This document shows positions 47,003 to 59,813 of a DNA stretch of 64,000 nt, in pieces. The stretch lies in NCBI RefSeq assembly GCF_009914755.1, contig NC_060929.1, one strand, 5' to 3'. Source of the DNA: the human T2T-CHM13v2.0 reference genome, Homo sapiens. The translations under genes were made by a program, and so were the position numbers. Under the pieces are notes generated by a model that was not told where the DNA came from, did not search any database, and saw only the letters and a program-made list of their open reading frames with translations. Position 1 is the stretch's first letter. Each line of letters starts with the position of its first letter.

Positions 47003-47197
47003 GTGTGTGTAGGTGTGTCCATGTATGTATGTGTGTATGCATGTGCATGTGTGTGCATGTATTGTGTATGTGTATATATGTGTATACCTGTGTGCACATG
47101 TATATATGTGTACATGTGTATGCATGTGTGTGTGTGCATGTATATGTGCATGTGTGTATGGGCATGTATATGTATACGTGTGTGTGTATGTGTTGTG
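47003..47197. repeat. Degenerate (TG/TATG/CATG)n purine-pyrimidine tract
   Basis: ~195 nt of alternating RY sequence. Confidence 0.9.
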
Positions 47198-47385
47198 TTT
47201 TAGGTACTATCCTATCATTCCGACAGCCCTTGGCACACTGCAGACACGGAATTAAATGTTGAATGAGGAAATCAGATGCTTTTAGGAAACAATAAAACCT
47301 TTGTCGAAAGCTTTTGGGACAGGTTAGGGATCCAGTCATAAAGGCTTGATGGCTGAAGCACGTCACAAAAGCCCAGAGTACAAAC

Positions 47386-47435
47386 CTTGAGAGAAGTATG
47401 GTGGCAGGGAGGCACTCTGTGGAAAACTGCTGTTA
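47386..47435 (-). CDS. LCP2: LCP2 exon 17, SNSSFPQSASLPPYFSQ
   Basis: CAG|..AAG|GTTTGT, 50 nt, phases 2 to 1. Confidence 0.93.
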
Positions 47436-48896
47436 CTGAGGAGACAGAAAAAGAACAAAATTTATTTGGATTGGGGTGATGGGGCCAGACAGGGGAGCTG
47501 GGTTAGGGAAGCCAGGCTGCAAATGCTTCTTGATTTGGTATCACTTTCCCTGCTGCCCCCAAAACCATGGGGGCTGGGCACAGGGACAGAACACAGCACA
47601 CAGGGAATGGAACTACATTCCGCTGTGGACCATGCCAAAGTCTAACAAGCTTTATAAAGCAGAACAGCAACAACATTCAACTGTGTAAAGGGCACTTAAC
47701 AGTTACTTTAAAAATTGGCTGCAACTTGAGCTCTTTGAGTTGGGAGAATACAGAAGTCCTCTTCTCAGAAGACTTCCCTTTTGCTAGGAAATTATATTAA
47801 TGGGCTTGTCTTTGGTGAGCAGTGAATCCCCAGGGCTTAGGGTCTGCAAGGAGAGAGTAAGCCAGGTGAGAAGGGAAGTGCATGTTAGGTGGGCTCTGCA
47901 GCAGACGGTGATAGCATTTGCAGGGCTGGGGTGGGGAGGCGGGCCCAGAGGGCCCTGAAATGCAGTCTGTTCCCTCCACACTGAGCAGCAACTCCTGCAC
48001 CCATCAGTCTAAACCTTTGGGAAAAGTCTGCTCTGCACAGCAACCTTGTGTGAGTGGGATTTTGTGCAAATGAAGGATGGGGTTGGGGCTAGCATGGAGG
48101 AAAGCAGCAGGAGGGTCAGCAGACAAGGGCAGCAGATGCCAGCGGGAAGAGGGAGAAGAGCAGCAGAAACTCAGGGCCAGAGGGTCCCAGGGCAGAGGAA
48201 ACATTGTGAGAATCCTGCTAGGAGTTGGTGGGGGTAGATGAGTCTTGTGGGTGGTTGAGTTTTCTACAATATTAGGGAAGGATCTTGGCTTCTCTCCTTG
48301 AATATTAAGGGAGAAGGTAAGCCTACAGGGCTGGAGGACTTGGGGGACACCACAGGCTGCCCGTGGGCTTGTTTGGGGACAATGACTGGGCCTTTCTCCT
48401 GTTCATGCATCTGCCCCTGGGCGGCCTCATACCAGCCCTGAGAAACACAGCTGCTACTGAGAAAACAGGGGGACAGAGACTGCAATGAATTCCTAGCATC
48501 AGCCAAGCACGAGGCGCATTTTCTCAGTCTCCCCAACTAAGATGCAGATGAACTTCAAGTACTTAGACTAACTGGGTTTCTTAATTATTGTTGTTTGTTT
48601 GAACTCATAAAGTGAAAATATTCTTTGTTTTCTACCAAAAGGCCCATTCTATCTGGAGGGATCAAGGAGGAAGTCAATTCCTCACCCCTCTCACCTCAAG
48701 CAGAGACTCAGAGGACACTGGTGGATTAACATATCGTTCTTAATGCTCAGTTTGGTTTTATGTCTTAAGACCCAAAATGTTCAGACCCTACTATCTACCC
48801 GTCATTTCCTTCTTTCTCAATCTGCCTGGCATTACTTCAGTACTGGATGGACCTAAACATTATATTAAGCTAGAATTTCATGACAGAGCTACAAAC

Positions 48897-49026
48897 CTTT
48901 CTGAGAATGCTCCAGGCATGTGAGAGGATGGGAGAGGGTTCATGGGACTTGGCTTAGTAGATCTTGAAGGGAAAGTGTTGGAGCTCATAGGAAGTAGTGC
49001 TGGCTGGGGCAAAGGTCTCTGATGCA
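48897..49026 (-). CDS. LCP2: LCP2 exon 16, VHQRPLPQP...PGAFSE
   Basis: CAG|..AAG|GTTTGT, 130 nt, phases 1 to 2. Confidence 0.94.
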
Positions 49027-49725
49027 CTGTGCAGAAGTAGAAAACAATGAATGAGATTGGCAGGCCCCAGCTGTCACTAAGAAACATTCCATAACCGCCC
49101 CCCAGTTAGAAACAGCTAGTATAAAGAGGACACAAAAATAAAGCAGATCAGATGTAATTAGGAAGTAGTAGGATGGAACCTTGCTCCCAGGGTGTTTCTA
49201 GATGACTTAACCACCATAGAATCCATTTACAAAGGGGCGCAGATCTAGATGATACTCTAAAATACACATTGATTTTGTTTTTCATTTTTGAAATGTTAAC
49301 TTGGCAGAAAATTGTCAGCTGGAAACCTTATAAATTTCAGAAATGATTTACAAGTTTTGTTTTATGAAAGTCAAAATTTTATGCTATCTCATTCATTGGC
49401 AGTTACTGATTCTTTACCCACGTGTGTTAGAAGACATAAATGTGAGAAATGTTTCCATCAAACCATGCATGCAATTTTACATTTTGTGATACAATTAAAT
49501 AATCTGCACTGTTACACATGAATTTAGTCTTCTTCGGTAATCTAACCAAGTAATCCATTTTACGATAGTTATGCAGTATGCCAATTGACATAAGTCTACT
49601 TAATACTAATTTAAGACTTATAATTGATTCTATGGGGTTCCTGTACTAAACAATTCCACTTGAATGCCTGAGCAGGAAAATGAAAGAATGAGTTATAGGC
49701 TGTAAGAATGTGTTTCCGAACATAC

Positions 49726-49738
49726 CATCATCTTCATC
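49726..49738 (-). CDS. LCP2: LCP2 exon 15, 13-nt microexon DEDD
   Basis: Long pyrimidine tract + CAG|GATGAAGATGATG|GTATG; required to keep frame between exons 14 and 16. Confidence 0.9.
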
Positions 49739-51422
49739 CTGGGAAGGGGAAGAAAAAAAAAGATATTAAGCTATCATCAAAATACAATTCTTAAAATAAA
49801 AACTGCATTTCTCAATCAAATAAATCAAATAGGTATCTGTTTCTTTCTCTGGCAGTTATACATCTTCATAATAAATATACTGTGGAGAATAATAGAAGTT
49901 GCTAAGTGTTTTACAATTTCTTAATACAAACAGTCATCTAAGGGCATTCCAGTATGAGACTCTCCTCATATACTCAGCATGAAATAGATTCTGAGGTGCC
50001 TAAAAGGGCCCAAAGATGTAATAATATTGACAATATCTACAATGTGTCCAAAAGATTCATACACAAGATTTCATTCAGTTCCCCTAGTGACCCCCCAAAA
50101 ATTTAACATCCTCATTTTACAAAAGCATGATGCTGAGGAAGCTTCCTTAGCTTGCCAGGAGTTGCAGAGATGGATTCAACCCCAAATATGTCTGACCAAA
50201 GCTCAGTCTTCTTTTTGGCTCTCTTTTGCAATGGCCACTCTTCTTAAGATCAATAAGACCATATTTATACGGTGGCTTACAAGGTTCATCTACAACCCTC
50301 ACCATTTTTATCTTCAGAGCAACCTTGGGAAATTAGACAAGGGAGGGGCTATTTTCTCTTCCACTCAGATAAGAAATGAGGTTCAAAGAGAAAAAATGAT
50401 GTTGCCACCAACTAGTAGACCAAAAGGGCCAGCTTGAACTTGTTTGGTTAGGCCAGATCTGTAATGATGAAACAGCATCTTTCTCAAAGTGTTGTTAGAA
50501 GGATTAAATTAGCTACTACTTGTGTCTGGCTTATGTTAAGTGCTCTTTAATAAAAGTTTGCCATCATCAATCCTATCACACACTGAGAGAAGGCGAAAAA
50601 GGCCACAGTCAAAATCATTCATCCCAGTTGGCCAACTGGGAGTCCCAGCAAAGAGCTGCATAAATAAACACACATGGGCTCATAAACCCCACACAACAAA
50701 ATCACTTTTCAATACTTTTGCAAGTATATTCCCTCTGGTTCCAGAAAACACAACTCCCAGATTCTCATGAGCACAAGTGTCAATCCTTCCAGAGACAGGG
50801 AACCTGGAATGTGATGTTATCCTCACTGTCCAGCCTTACCTCTGCCTTGTTCCTATCTCTGCAGCCAAGCCACTGTTCTCACTGTCCCTGCAGCCTCCGT
50901 GGGCACTGGTATCCACCTGCTCAGGACACTCCTGAGGGGAATCCCCATGGGCTTTCTTTAAGAATGACTCTATTCTGTGTCCTCCCTATCATTGAATGAC
51001 CAGCATAAATCTCACCTCCTCTAGGAAGTCACTGCTGGCTCCTTGAGCCACATGGCACACTTTCTTCCCTCAGCCCCACAGAGCATCCCGTGATTGCATG
51101 CTGTCTGGCATGAGGGGTTGTGAGTGTGCCTGCCTCCATAAGATCTCAGCACTTCATCGGAACAAGCACAGCATCTAGCACAGAGCTGCAAAAATAGCAG
51201 GCGCTTTTGGGCTGAGCCCTTGAATGACAGCAGGGGTCTGATGGCCTTCAGAGGGCTTATGGTGTAGAGAAACTCAGCAGATCTGGGTTCAGATCCTGGC
51301 TCTTTATAAGCATGCAATTTGCAAAGAGTATCTTATTCCTTCTGAGCCTCAATTTCCTCTCCGTAAAAGAGAAAAGATGTTTCCTTATGGGTTCATTATA
51401 CTCATATGTAAAGCGAGAAATA

Positions 51423-51530
51423 CTCAACTATCCTGGTTTTCCTAGGATGGAGATAGTTCTTGGGACAGGGGACTTTTCAGTGCTAAAACTGACAGCATCC
51501 CTCGCAAACAGGGACAACTGGTCATATTTA
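51423..51530. mobile_element. MER94/MER81-like hAT-Blackjack remnant
   Basis: CAACTATCCTGGTTTTCCTAGGA..CTTTTCAGTGCTAAAACTG..GGGACAACTGGTCA inverted ends. Confidence 0.5.
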
Positions 51531-51966
51531 ACTGGCATGGCAATGTGCATATGGTAAGCATTCAAGAAATGCTATTTCCCCTCTTTTTCAGGTTGTGGAA
51601 GTATTGAAAAGGAAAACAGTAGCCTTGGAAATTTAGGCATGGTCCAAACTTCTGGCCTTCCCTTACTTTATCCTCTTTTTCTCCTTGTGCCCTGTAATTA
51701 CCGGCCCCTGGTAATGGAGCTGCAATTAAGCCAGCCACTCTGGGAGCTCTTAGAGGGACATGAGCTAAACAACACAGCATGATGGGCTCCAGACAATGAC
51801 CAAGGCCCAAAGACAGAGGCACCAGCCCTTAAGAGACGAGACCCCTGGGTGCAGGACCTGCTCCAGGTTCTGGGCCAAGGCCAAGGTGGATGGAGTCCCA
51901 ACCTCCTAAGAGCCTATGCTTCTTTTCCCTGTATCAAGCACTTACAAACTGACATTTTGTACTTAC

Positions 51967-51997
51967 ATTCTCTCTTCTGTCTGGTCCCCATCCATGC
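51967..51997 (-). CDS. LCP2: LCP2 exon 14, HGWGPDRREN
   Basis: TTCAG|..|GTAAGT, 31 nt, phases 2 to 0. Confidence 0.93.
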
Positions 51998-52248
51998 CTG
52001 AAATGAATTAGGGCAAATAAAAAGAACTGAGCATGAAGAGTTTCAAAGAGCCAGCCTTAGAATACAGTTTTGCTTCATTGAATAATGAGAAATCGAACCC
52101 ACTGAGCCTAGGGAAGATGGGAAGCAACAGACCCCCACAGAGCAGGGGAGAGGGGGTGGAAGGGAGATCTGGTTACTCCATGTTCTGCCATCATTGCAAG
52201 CTGAGCTAGGCAAACCTTTGTTCTGCATAACTAATGCAGCAAATAATT

Positions 52249-52249
52249 A

Positions 52250-52283
<34 letters not shown>

Positions 52284-52345
52284 CACACTCTATATGTATA
52301 TGTACACACACACTATATGTATATACACACACACACACACACACA
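52249..52345. repeat. Compound (TG)n(TA)n..(CA)n microsatellite
   Basis: Directly visible; ends are mutually complementary. Confidence 0.9.
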
Positions 52346-53494
52346 TGTGGTTTAGTCAGCAAACTAACTCTTTAGTAGCTATTAAATTTTACTGAGCTGT
52401 TGTTTTTCCCAAGAAATGAAAACATTTTAGGTAATATTCTCCCTTGCTCTTGCTTTAAAACAGCCCTCTCAGGGCCCACCTTGGTGTAAAGAGAAGACAA
52501 TTAGAAAATGTTGCTGCTTTGGGACTATTCCAAAGGGGGCTTGGTACACTTTGCCCAGATGAATGAGCTAGTCAAACAGACTTGGGGACAGCTGCCTTAG
52601 GGCTGCGACAGGCATCTGCACTGCCTGGGCCGTATAATGTCCTCTCTGGGGAGAAGGGGAAGAGCTGGACAATTTGTTGAACACCTCCTGTGTGTCAGAC
52701 GCTTCACACATCATCATCTCATTCTGTGTTTATTTAAAATTTTGGAATTTTGTTCCTTATGAGTTTGCTGCATTTATTTTGATTTTTTAAAAACATTACT
52801 CTAAAATGTTATCAAACTCCATTACTGAGGAGGTTTTTTGGCACACTTTAGCCCTGGTCCTAATTTAATCCTCACAACAGCCAAGCAAGGGTGATAGTTA
52901 TGACCCCTGATTCACAAATGAGATGGAAGCTTTGGTTGTATTCTTTGCAAGTAGCAAGGTTGGCCTTAACCCCAGGTACATGCGCGCCATTTGGTAAATA
53001 GGCTGAAAACTACTTCACAGCAAAGTTAAAAATACTAAGGCAGAGCTCAGTATTCTGCAATTATCAAATGTGGTTGAGCAGTAAGGAAGACACTTGCGGT
53101 GACCTGAAAAACCTCCCCCAACCATTTCCTGTCTGCTACCTGTATTGAAAAATAAAATGGTGAGTACAGTTCCTATGCACTGTGAAGGCTTTGCTATAAC
53201 GAGGTTGGAAAACTCAATGAAATATTTGACTGGAATCTCTAAAAACAGCAGTCACCCCTTACTCTTGATTAGATGTCACTCTACTCATTTCTCAGTAGAG
53301 TCCATTTCCTTCAAAGAGACCCTGATCCTTCATAGCCAACCTGTGAAGCCTGAACATCCCTCAAGCCACAGCAAGAAAAGGCCCACCCTGCCCGGGAGCA
53401 CCGAGGAGCCTCGGTTCCCACTGCAGAGTCAGCACAGGGCAGCCTGTCTGCCGGCCACTCTGAGTGACAAGCTCAAGCAACACCAGACAATTAC

Positions 53495-53602
53495 TTTGGC
53501 ACAGGTGGCTTCTTCCCTGGCAGGGGGCTGCTCCTTTCATGTCTTTCCGTGGTCGGTGGTAAAGGAGGCTTTTGAATCTTGGGTAAATGCTCCCCGAGTG
53601 AC
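53495..53602 (-). CDS. LCP2: LCP2 exon 13, SLGEHLPKIQKPPLPP...KKPPVPK
   Basis: CAG|..|GTAATT, 108 nt, phases 2 to 2. Confidence 0.94.
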
Positions 53603-53701
53603 CTGTGGAGTTCAGGAAAAGGATGTGTAAGAAACAAACTTTGCCGAGGCAGAGTTCTACAGAACGTCCCATGTACCCTCATGTAGATGCAACAGTCTTA
53701 C

Positions 53702-53721
53702 CTTCCCGCTGGAATCGAGGG
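53702..53721 (-). CDS. LCP2: LCP2 exon 12, 20-nt microexon PSIPAG(R)
   Basis: TTGCAG|..AG|GTAAGA; phases 0 to 2. Confidence 0.92.
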
Positions 53722-53826
53722 CTGCAAGACAGGAGGAAAAATGTATGAGTGTCCAAGCACTTTTCAAAGAATAAGGACAAGATGTGAAACAAACAAACAC
53801 AACCAAAAAACAAGTTCACAGCTTAC

Positions 53827-53852
53827 CTTGTCAGAAAATGGTGGTTTCTTTC
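53827..53852 (-). CDS. LCP2: LCP2 exon 11, 26-nt microexon GKKPPFSDK
   Basis: TTACAG|..AAG|GTAAGC; phases 1 to 0. Confidence 0.92.
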
Positions 53853-54815
53853 CTGTAAATGACAGAGAGCAGATGGGCCATGAGTTCAGAACTTCATAAG
53901 CATGAGGTTTAAAAACACAGTTTGATGAAACTATGAGTCTGAACCCTCTTGGGGGTTGATGGGGTTTAAGCATTAAAGAATCAGAAACTTCAGACTAGGA
54001 AGGGTCCGTTAGAGACCACCAAATTTTATAAGCTCAGAGAAATTAAATGGCTTGACCATTTAATTTGAAGGTCACACAGCTTTGTGTACATACAAGTAGT
54101 GTTGTGGATTCTGTGCTTTTTTTAAATAAAATCACATTTTCTTTTATATAACTGATGATCAAAAGGATTAATGTTTCCTTGGGATTTTATGCCTCTTTAA
54201 TTGGCCAAAGTATTTCTTCTGCAGCCTAAGTTTTATTTTTATATCTGAAATAAATCCACTTGCCACGGAGAGGGTAACTTTTATCCAATTCTGTGAAACA
54301 CTTGATATTAAATGAAGCACTCCACTTAGTTTCTGAAGAAACTTTTCACTTGGGGAGAGCATTTCAGGAGACTCTCCTGGTATGCTGCAAATCTTTTTTG
54401 TCTGCTTGTTTTTAGTTAGTATTGTTTGTTTTGCTTTTCTTCTAGAACGGATGATATTCAGGCTCCCTGAAGAAATGCCAGGTGTACTTGATAATTGTGC
54501 ATCACAAAGTTATTCAAAGTAATTTAATTTGTATTCTATCTAAAGTCCCCTAGAATAAATATGCCCTTTGTCTTCAATGTGATGAAAATATTACTAACAA
54601 AATTCAACCAGGTCTAGAAGCAAATCCCACATGACCAAGAACAAGTTATTTAAGGTTTTTGAATCCCAATGTTATCATCTCAAAATGAAGATTATAGACT
54701 AAAACTCTATAGGTTTGCCATAAGAATTGGGTGACAATTTGCATGCAGGATCAGGCACTTGATTGTGAAAGTTGGTCATACAAATTGGGAATTTTATCAC
54801 CTCCAAGGAAAACAG

Positions 54816-55188
54816 AGTCGAGAAGCCAGAGGGAAAAGCACTCAGGACACATAACATTGCTCCAGAAATGTGATTCTATGTGAGGTTGGCTGTTGTAACC
54901 TGAAACCAGTTTCATCTAGTAGTTGCTGAAATAATCTGCTGCAACTCGAAGATTAATTTTGCCCTCTGCCATTGCTCACCAATCAAAACTTGCCAGCCCC
55001 CAGAACCGATGAACTTTCTCAAGGAGCGATATTGTAACACTTCTCCTTTTTATAAAACCTCCAATCTTCTTTTTGTTCTTCAGACATACTGAAGACCCTG
55101 AAGACCAATTGCCCCAAATTGCAATTCTTTCTTCCTAAATAAAACAAATTTAGAGATTTTCTTCTACGTTTTTATTTTGACTTTGATA
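54816..55188 (+). mobile_element. ERV1-like solo LTR (subfamily uncertain)
   Basis: CCAAT, TATAAAA and AATAAA in LTR order over ~370 nt. Confidence 0.55.
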
Positions 55189-55390
55189 TGGTCCATGTGG
55201 GCTGACAATTGTTAGTTAACTCGCCTTTCTTTCCCTTCCTTCCACACCCAGGCACAGTTAGTGCCCTATGGCGAATGGTGATATTATCTCCCTGGAGTTG
55301 TATTTTCACAACGTGATTTATTCTTTAAGGACCAAGTACATGCCAGGCCCATGATAAGAATATTGCCTCACTGTGAAGAGCTTACTGACA

Positions 55391-55693
55391 CTGAGTGTGG
55401 TGGCTCATGCCTGCTGGGAGGCCAAGACAGGAGAATCACTTGAGGCCAGGAGTTCAAGATCAGCCTGGTGAACACAGGGAAATCCCAGTCTCTACAGTAT
55501 ATTTAAAAATTAGCCAGGCATGGGGACATGCACCTGTAACCTCAGCCCCTTGGGAGGCTGGAGAAGAAGGATTGCTTGACCCGAGGAGTTTGAGGCCGTA
55601 ACGAGCTATGATGCTGTCACTGCACTCCAGCCTAGGTGACAGAGTGAGACCCTGACTCAAAAAAAACTAAAAATAAAAAAATAAAAATAAAAA
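55391..55693 (+). mobile_element. AluJ-like, small 5' internal deletion
   Basis: Diverged dimeric Alu with A-rich tail. Confidence 0.88.
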
Positions 55694-55817
55694 GGAGCTT
55701 GCTGGTAATGGGGAGAGTTTTGACGGTATAAAAGATGCTTATAAAAGTTTGGTTTGGGGTGGAACCTCTACTTTAGAGGGGCACCCAGGAAACTTAAATT
55801 TATATTCTTTGGCCTGA

Positions 55818-56145
<328 letters not shown>

Positions 56146-57667
56146 AAAATTTGCCAATTTTTGCATATTCTCTGAGCATGTTAAAAGTCTCAGGTGGGGT
56201 GTAAACATTTTAAGAAGACAGTAATCCTTCCAAAACATCACAGAAAACGGACTAATTCAAGGGTAAAACAGAAATTGTCAGAAAAGTGTGTCATTTAAAA
56301 ATGCTTTTAAATATAGAAAAAAAGAATATTTTAAAAGAATAACTTTTGTGTCAGGAGGTGATTGCGAAGGATTTGATGTCAGTGTTCCACTTTTCTGATG
56401 TCTCGGCTCGTGGTAGTGAGCAGGGTTGGAATCTGAAGTCAAATCTATCTTCATTTCCATGTAATTATACAGCTCTCTACAGCAGACAATTCCAAGCCAA
56501 ACCAGCCAGCACAGCTTTGCATGACACAGCAGAGCTGTGATGTAGTTCGGGGAAAGAGCAGCGAGCAGCAGCCTCATATCCAAGAACTGAAAGTCATTTT
56601 GTTGACAGACAAAAAGGGATTGAGGCCACAGAAAGCTAAATGCCTTGCTCAGAGCATAGCCAAGAAAGGGGTGGGGGCAGCTGGGATTCTGGGCTCCTTT
56701 CCGTTCAGTTGCAGAGTTCCTTCCTCAGACTCATGTAGTTCACAGCAAGTTAAAACCCAGGGTCCTCAACTGCAGCCTGATATGGTGGAAAAGAGCCCCC
56801 ACTTAGAAGTCAGAAAGACAAGTGTTCGAATTTAGGCAAATTTAGGCAAATTATTCAACTTCTTTGACCCTTAATTTTATCATCTGAGAAGTGAGGTTAA
56901 AAATGCACCTCCTTTGTTGAGTTGCTGTGAGGATTAGAGATACTGTAGGTGTATTTGTGGTAGGTAGAGCACTTGCCCCATAGCAGTTGCTCAATAAATG
57001 GTAGCTAAGAATTGAATTGAAAATAGCTGCACGTGAAGGTAACTGCAATCCAAGAATATTCTGCGTAAATTGTGAAGAAAAAGCACTGTGGTATACCCAA
57101 TGTTTGGTCAATTGCATACCTAAAACAAAAACATCCCTGACATTTGAATAGCACCTTAGGGATTTATAAAGCATTTTCTATGTACAGAACATCCACCTTA
57201 CAGATTAGGAGACTGAGCTCTGAAAAACTAACATCCCTGTGGTCTGTGAGCTATTAAGTAGCAGGCAAGGCAGCAGACAACAGCTCCCCCAACCCTTTTG
57301 TCTCAATTCAGGTCCTCTCTCTGTACCCTAAAGCCTCTTGGCTGAAGGACAATGGGATTTGTATACACAGATCATCCACATCACATAGAGAAGCAGCACA
57401 GCCCCCAGAAGCTGCAAGCAGGAGCTTTCTAATGAGGCTGATATGGGCTTTGGTCGCTACTCCCAACACTTGGTAGCTGTGTGATCTTGGGAAGGTACCT
57501 CTTTGTGTCTCCGTTTCCTTATCTGTAAAATGAGGATGATTCTACTAGTCTCCACTTCCTAGTATTGTGGCCATAGTTAAATGAGATGGTACATGTGAAA
57601 CGTATGCAGGAAGCACTTTATAACAGCTTATCATTATTACTATGCATTAAATGTGAATCATACCCAC

Positions 57668-57751
57668 CTAGTGTGAAGGGTTCTCTATCAAACGGAGCTA
57701 ATGAACGATCTAGGGGAGGTTTCGTGCTTCTGTCTATTGAAGGAGCAGGGA
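57668..57751 (-). CDS. LCP2: LCP2 exon 10, LPAPSIDRSTKPPL..EPFTL (Gads-binding RxxK)
   Basis: CCAG|..|GTGGGT, 84 nt, phases 1 to 1. Confidence 0.95.
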
Positions 57752-57868
57752 CTGGAAGGGGAAAAGGCTGACATCAATTAAAAGAAGAAAGCAGTCGGCT
57801 GGGGGTTGGGCGGGGCTAGGGGAGTGCCTGGTGGGAACAGGGCAAGAGAGAGCAGCCCTTGTACTCAC

Positions 57869-57935
57869 GCTTTGCCGTTTTGTGGTTTCTGCTTCTGCTG
57901 GGTTCTTCGTGGTTGGTCTGGGGTGGGGGCAGTGG
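57869..57935 (-). CDS. LCP2: LCP2 exon 9, PLPPPQTNHEEPSRSRNHKTAK
   Basis: GCAG|..|GTGAGT, 67 nt, phases 0 to 1. Confidence 0.95.
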
Positions 57936-58900
57936 CTGCATAAAGATCCAAACGTTAGGAAGCACTTCCAATACATCAGCAAGAGCCGGCACTCCCAAAA
58001 CCTGTCTGGATCTGCTCACTTTTCCTCATCTTCATGTTCTGCCTACAAACATCCATGTCCATTTCTTCACTGAACTACCGCAGTAGCCTCCTATCTGAGC
58101 TCCCTGTTCTAGACTCTGCCACGCAAGCTCTTTTCTGCAGGCAGCAGAGTGAGCATGTCACTTTCCTGCTAAGCCTCCTATCACATTAGAAACAAAATTG
58201 AAACTCGTTAATGTCCTGCGAGGCCCTGCCTGAGCTGGCCCATGTCTGCCCTCTCAACTCTTTCCTGTGATCCCTTCTCAGTACTCATGGGGTCCCTACC
58301 ATAGAATCTTCTTGCAGTTCCTGGAAAATCTCAAGGTTATGCCCTCTTTGGCATCCCTACACTTGTTTCCTTCTGCCTAGAACGTTCTTCTCCCGGCTCT
58401 TCCCACAACTGGCTCATTCTGTCCCAGGTCCTTGTCACCTCCCCCCCCCATACCGTCATGTTACCTGGTCTTCCGTCCCCCGAACCACACATAACTACTC
58501 AAATGATCTCTTTCAGACATCTGTCTACCGTCTGATAACTAGCCCTAGTTGAGTTTTATGAAAGCAGGGACCTTATTTATCTTGTTCACACTTTATCCCC
58601 AACGCCTAGAACTCTGCTTGGCACATAGTAGCTGCTCAGACAATATTTGCTGATTAAATAAGTGAATCCTGCATCTCAAAAGAAGGTCTTCAAATCTCAA
58701 AAGCAATATACATCTGTAGATAAACTTGTGAAGGGAACACATTCCTAACTATCAAGTCCTTAGTCTGAGCTTCTCAGGGTCACTCTGGGAACTTATCAGA
58801 TTCACAAGGACCGGGCTGTATGCTCGAAGAAGGAGAAAACGGGGTTTGCTACCTCTGTCTCCTCCGGTCTGAAGGCTCCTGTCCTTGGAATTTCAGGTGT

Positions 58901-58976
58901 CGGCCAGAAGGTGGCGCAAGTCTTTTTGCAGGAGAGAGGAAGGCTCGGTACCCAGGCAACACCAGTAGGTGCCACG
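58901..58976 (+). promoter_or_regulatory. Two tandem CTCF-like motifs in LCP2 intron 8
   Basis: CGGCCAGAAGGTGGCGCAA (58901) and ACACCAGTAGGTGCCAC (58959). Confidence 0.5.
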
Positions 58977-59244
58977 GACTTAATTCGGTTCTCTTTGGGT
59001 TTATTTTACAGTTTTCACTTCTCTCAAATAGTGGGAAGTAAATAAAAACCACCAGTATTTTACCCCAAAAAAGAAACACGTGTGAATGCTTGGGTTTGCC
59101 TTTCCCCAGCCGAGGGAAAAGATTATAATCTTTTCTTACAAAATTAGAATGAGATAAAGATGTTTATAGTTTTATTTTTCTCTCTGGCGGAGGAAATAAC
59201 TGCAGTGGACACCAAGTACTGTAAAAGAACGGGAGGAGGCCTAC

Positions 59245-59342
59245 CGAGTGATTCCGGCCGGCTGGTGGGGGCGGGAGGGCGGCCATCGGTCTCTGGGGGG
59301 GCACAGGAGGCTGCTGGGGGGTTTTCCCAGAGGGGGGCCGGT
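59245..59342 (-). CDS. LCP2: LCP2 exon 8, DRPPSGKTPQQPPVPPQRPM..GRNHS
   Basis: CCACAG|..|GTAGG, 98 nt, phases 1 to 0; contains the QQPPVPPQRP SH3 ligand. Confidence 0.95.
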
Positions 59343-59686
59343 CTGTGGAAACACAAGGTTATTAAAGTGAAAGGGGAGTATCGGCCAAGCTCAGGGGTCT
59401 CCAGGAACAGATATGCAGCTCGGGGCACCGGGGGTGCATGATCCTTGACCCCCAGGCCCACATGAGCCCCAGCCACGGGGAGACCCAGCCTGGATCTCAC
59501 CCACCCCTCCCTGCCCATTTTTTCTGTCCTAGTTTGTGTCACTCTCCTTATACACAGGCTCAGCTTTCTTTGCATTTCACAGGAATAGGTATTTATCAGA
59601 GATTTTGCCAATCAAGAAAGGCCTCTTTGTAACCAGCTCAGCCAGAACTGGAAGGGAGGATTTTCAGACAATTTTGTAAGAAGTAA

Positions 59687-59813
59687 ACATACGCATACCT
59701 CTGTATGCAGACACACAGATATACACATGTGCACACATGCATGCACACACATGCATATATATGCACACACCTGCATACACAGAGACACGAGTGCACACAG
59801 ACACACACACATG
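59687..59813. repeat. Degenerate (CA/CATG)n purine-pyrimidine tract
   Basis: Visible alternating RY run. Confidence 0.88.

Noticed and set aside
46820-47366. His/Thr- and Cys/Val-rich ORFs in several frames
   Set aside because: Translation artefacts of the RY microsatellite; the same applies to 59612-60028.
53145-53630. 161-aa plus-strand ORF
   Set aside because: Antisense to LCP2 exon 13 and intron; no homology recognised.
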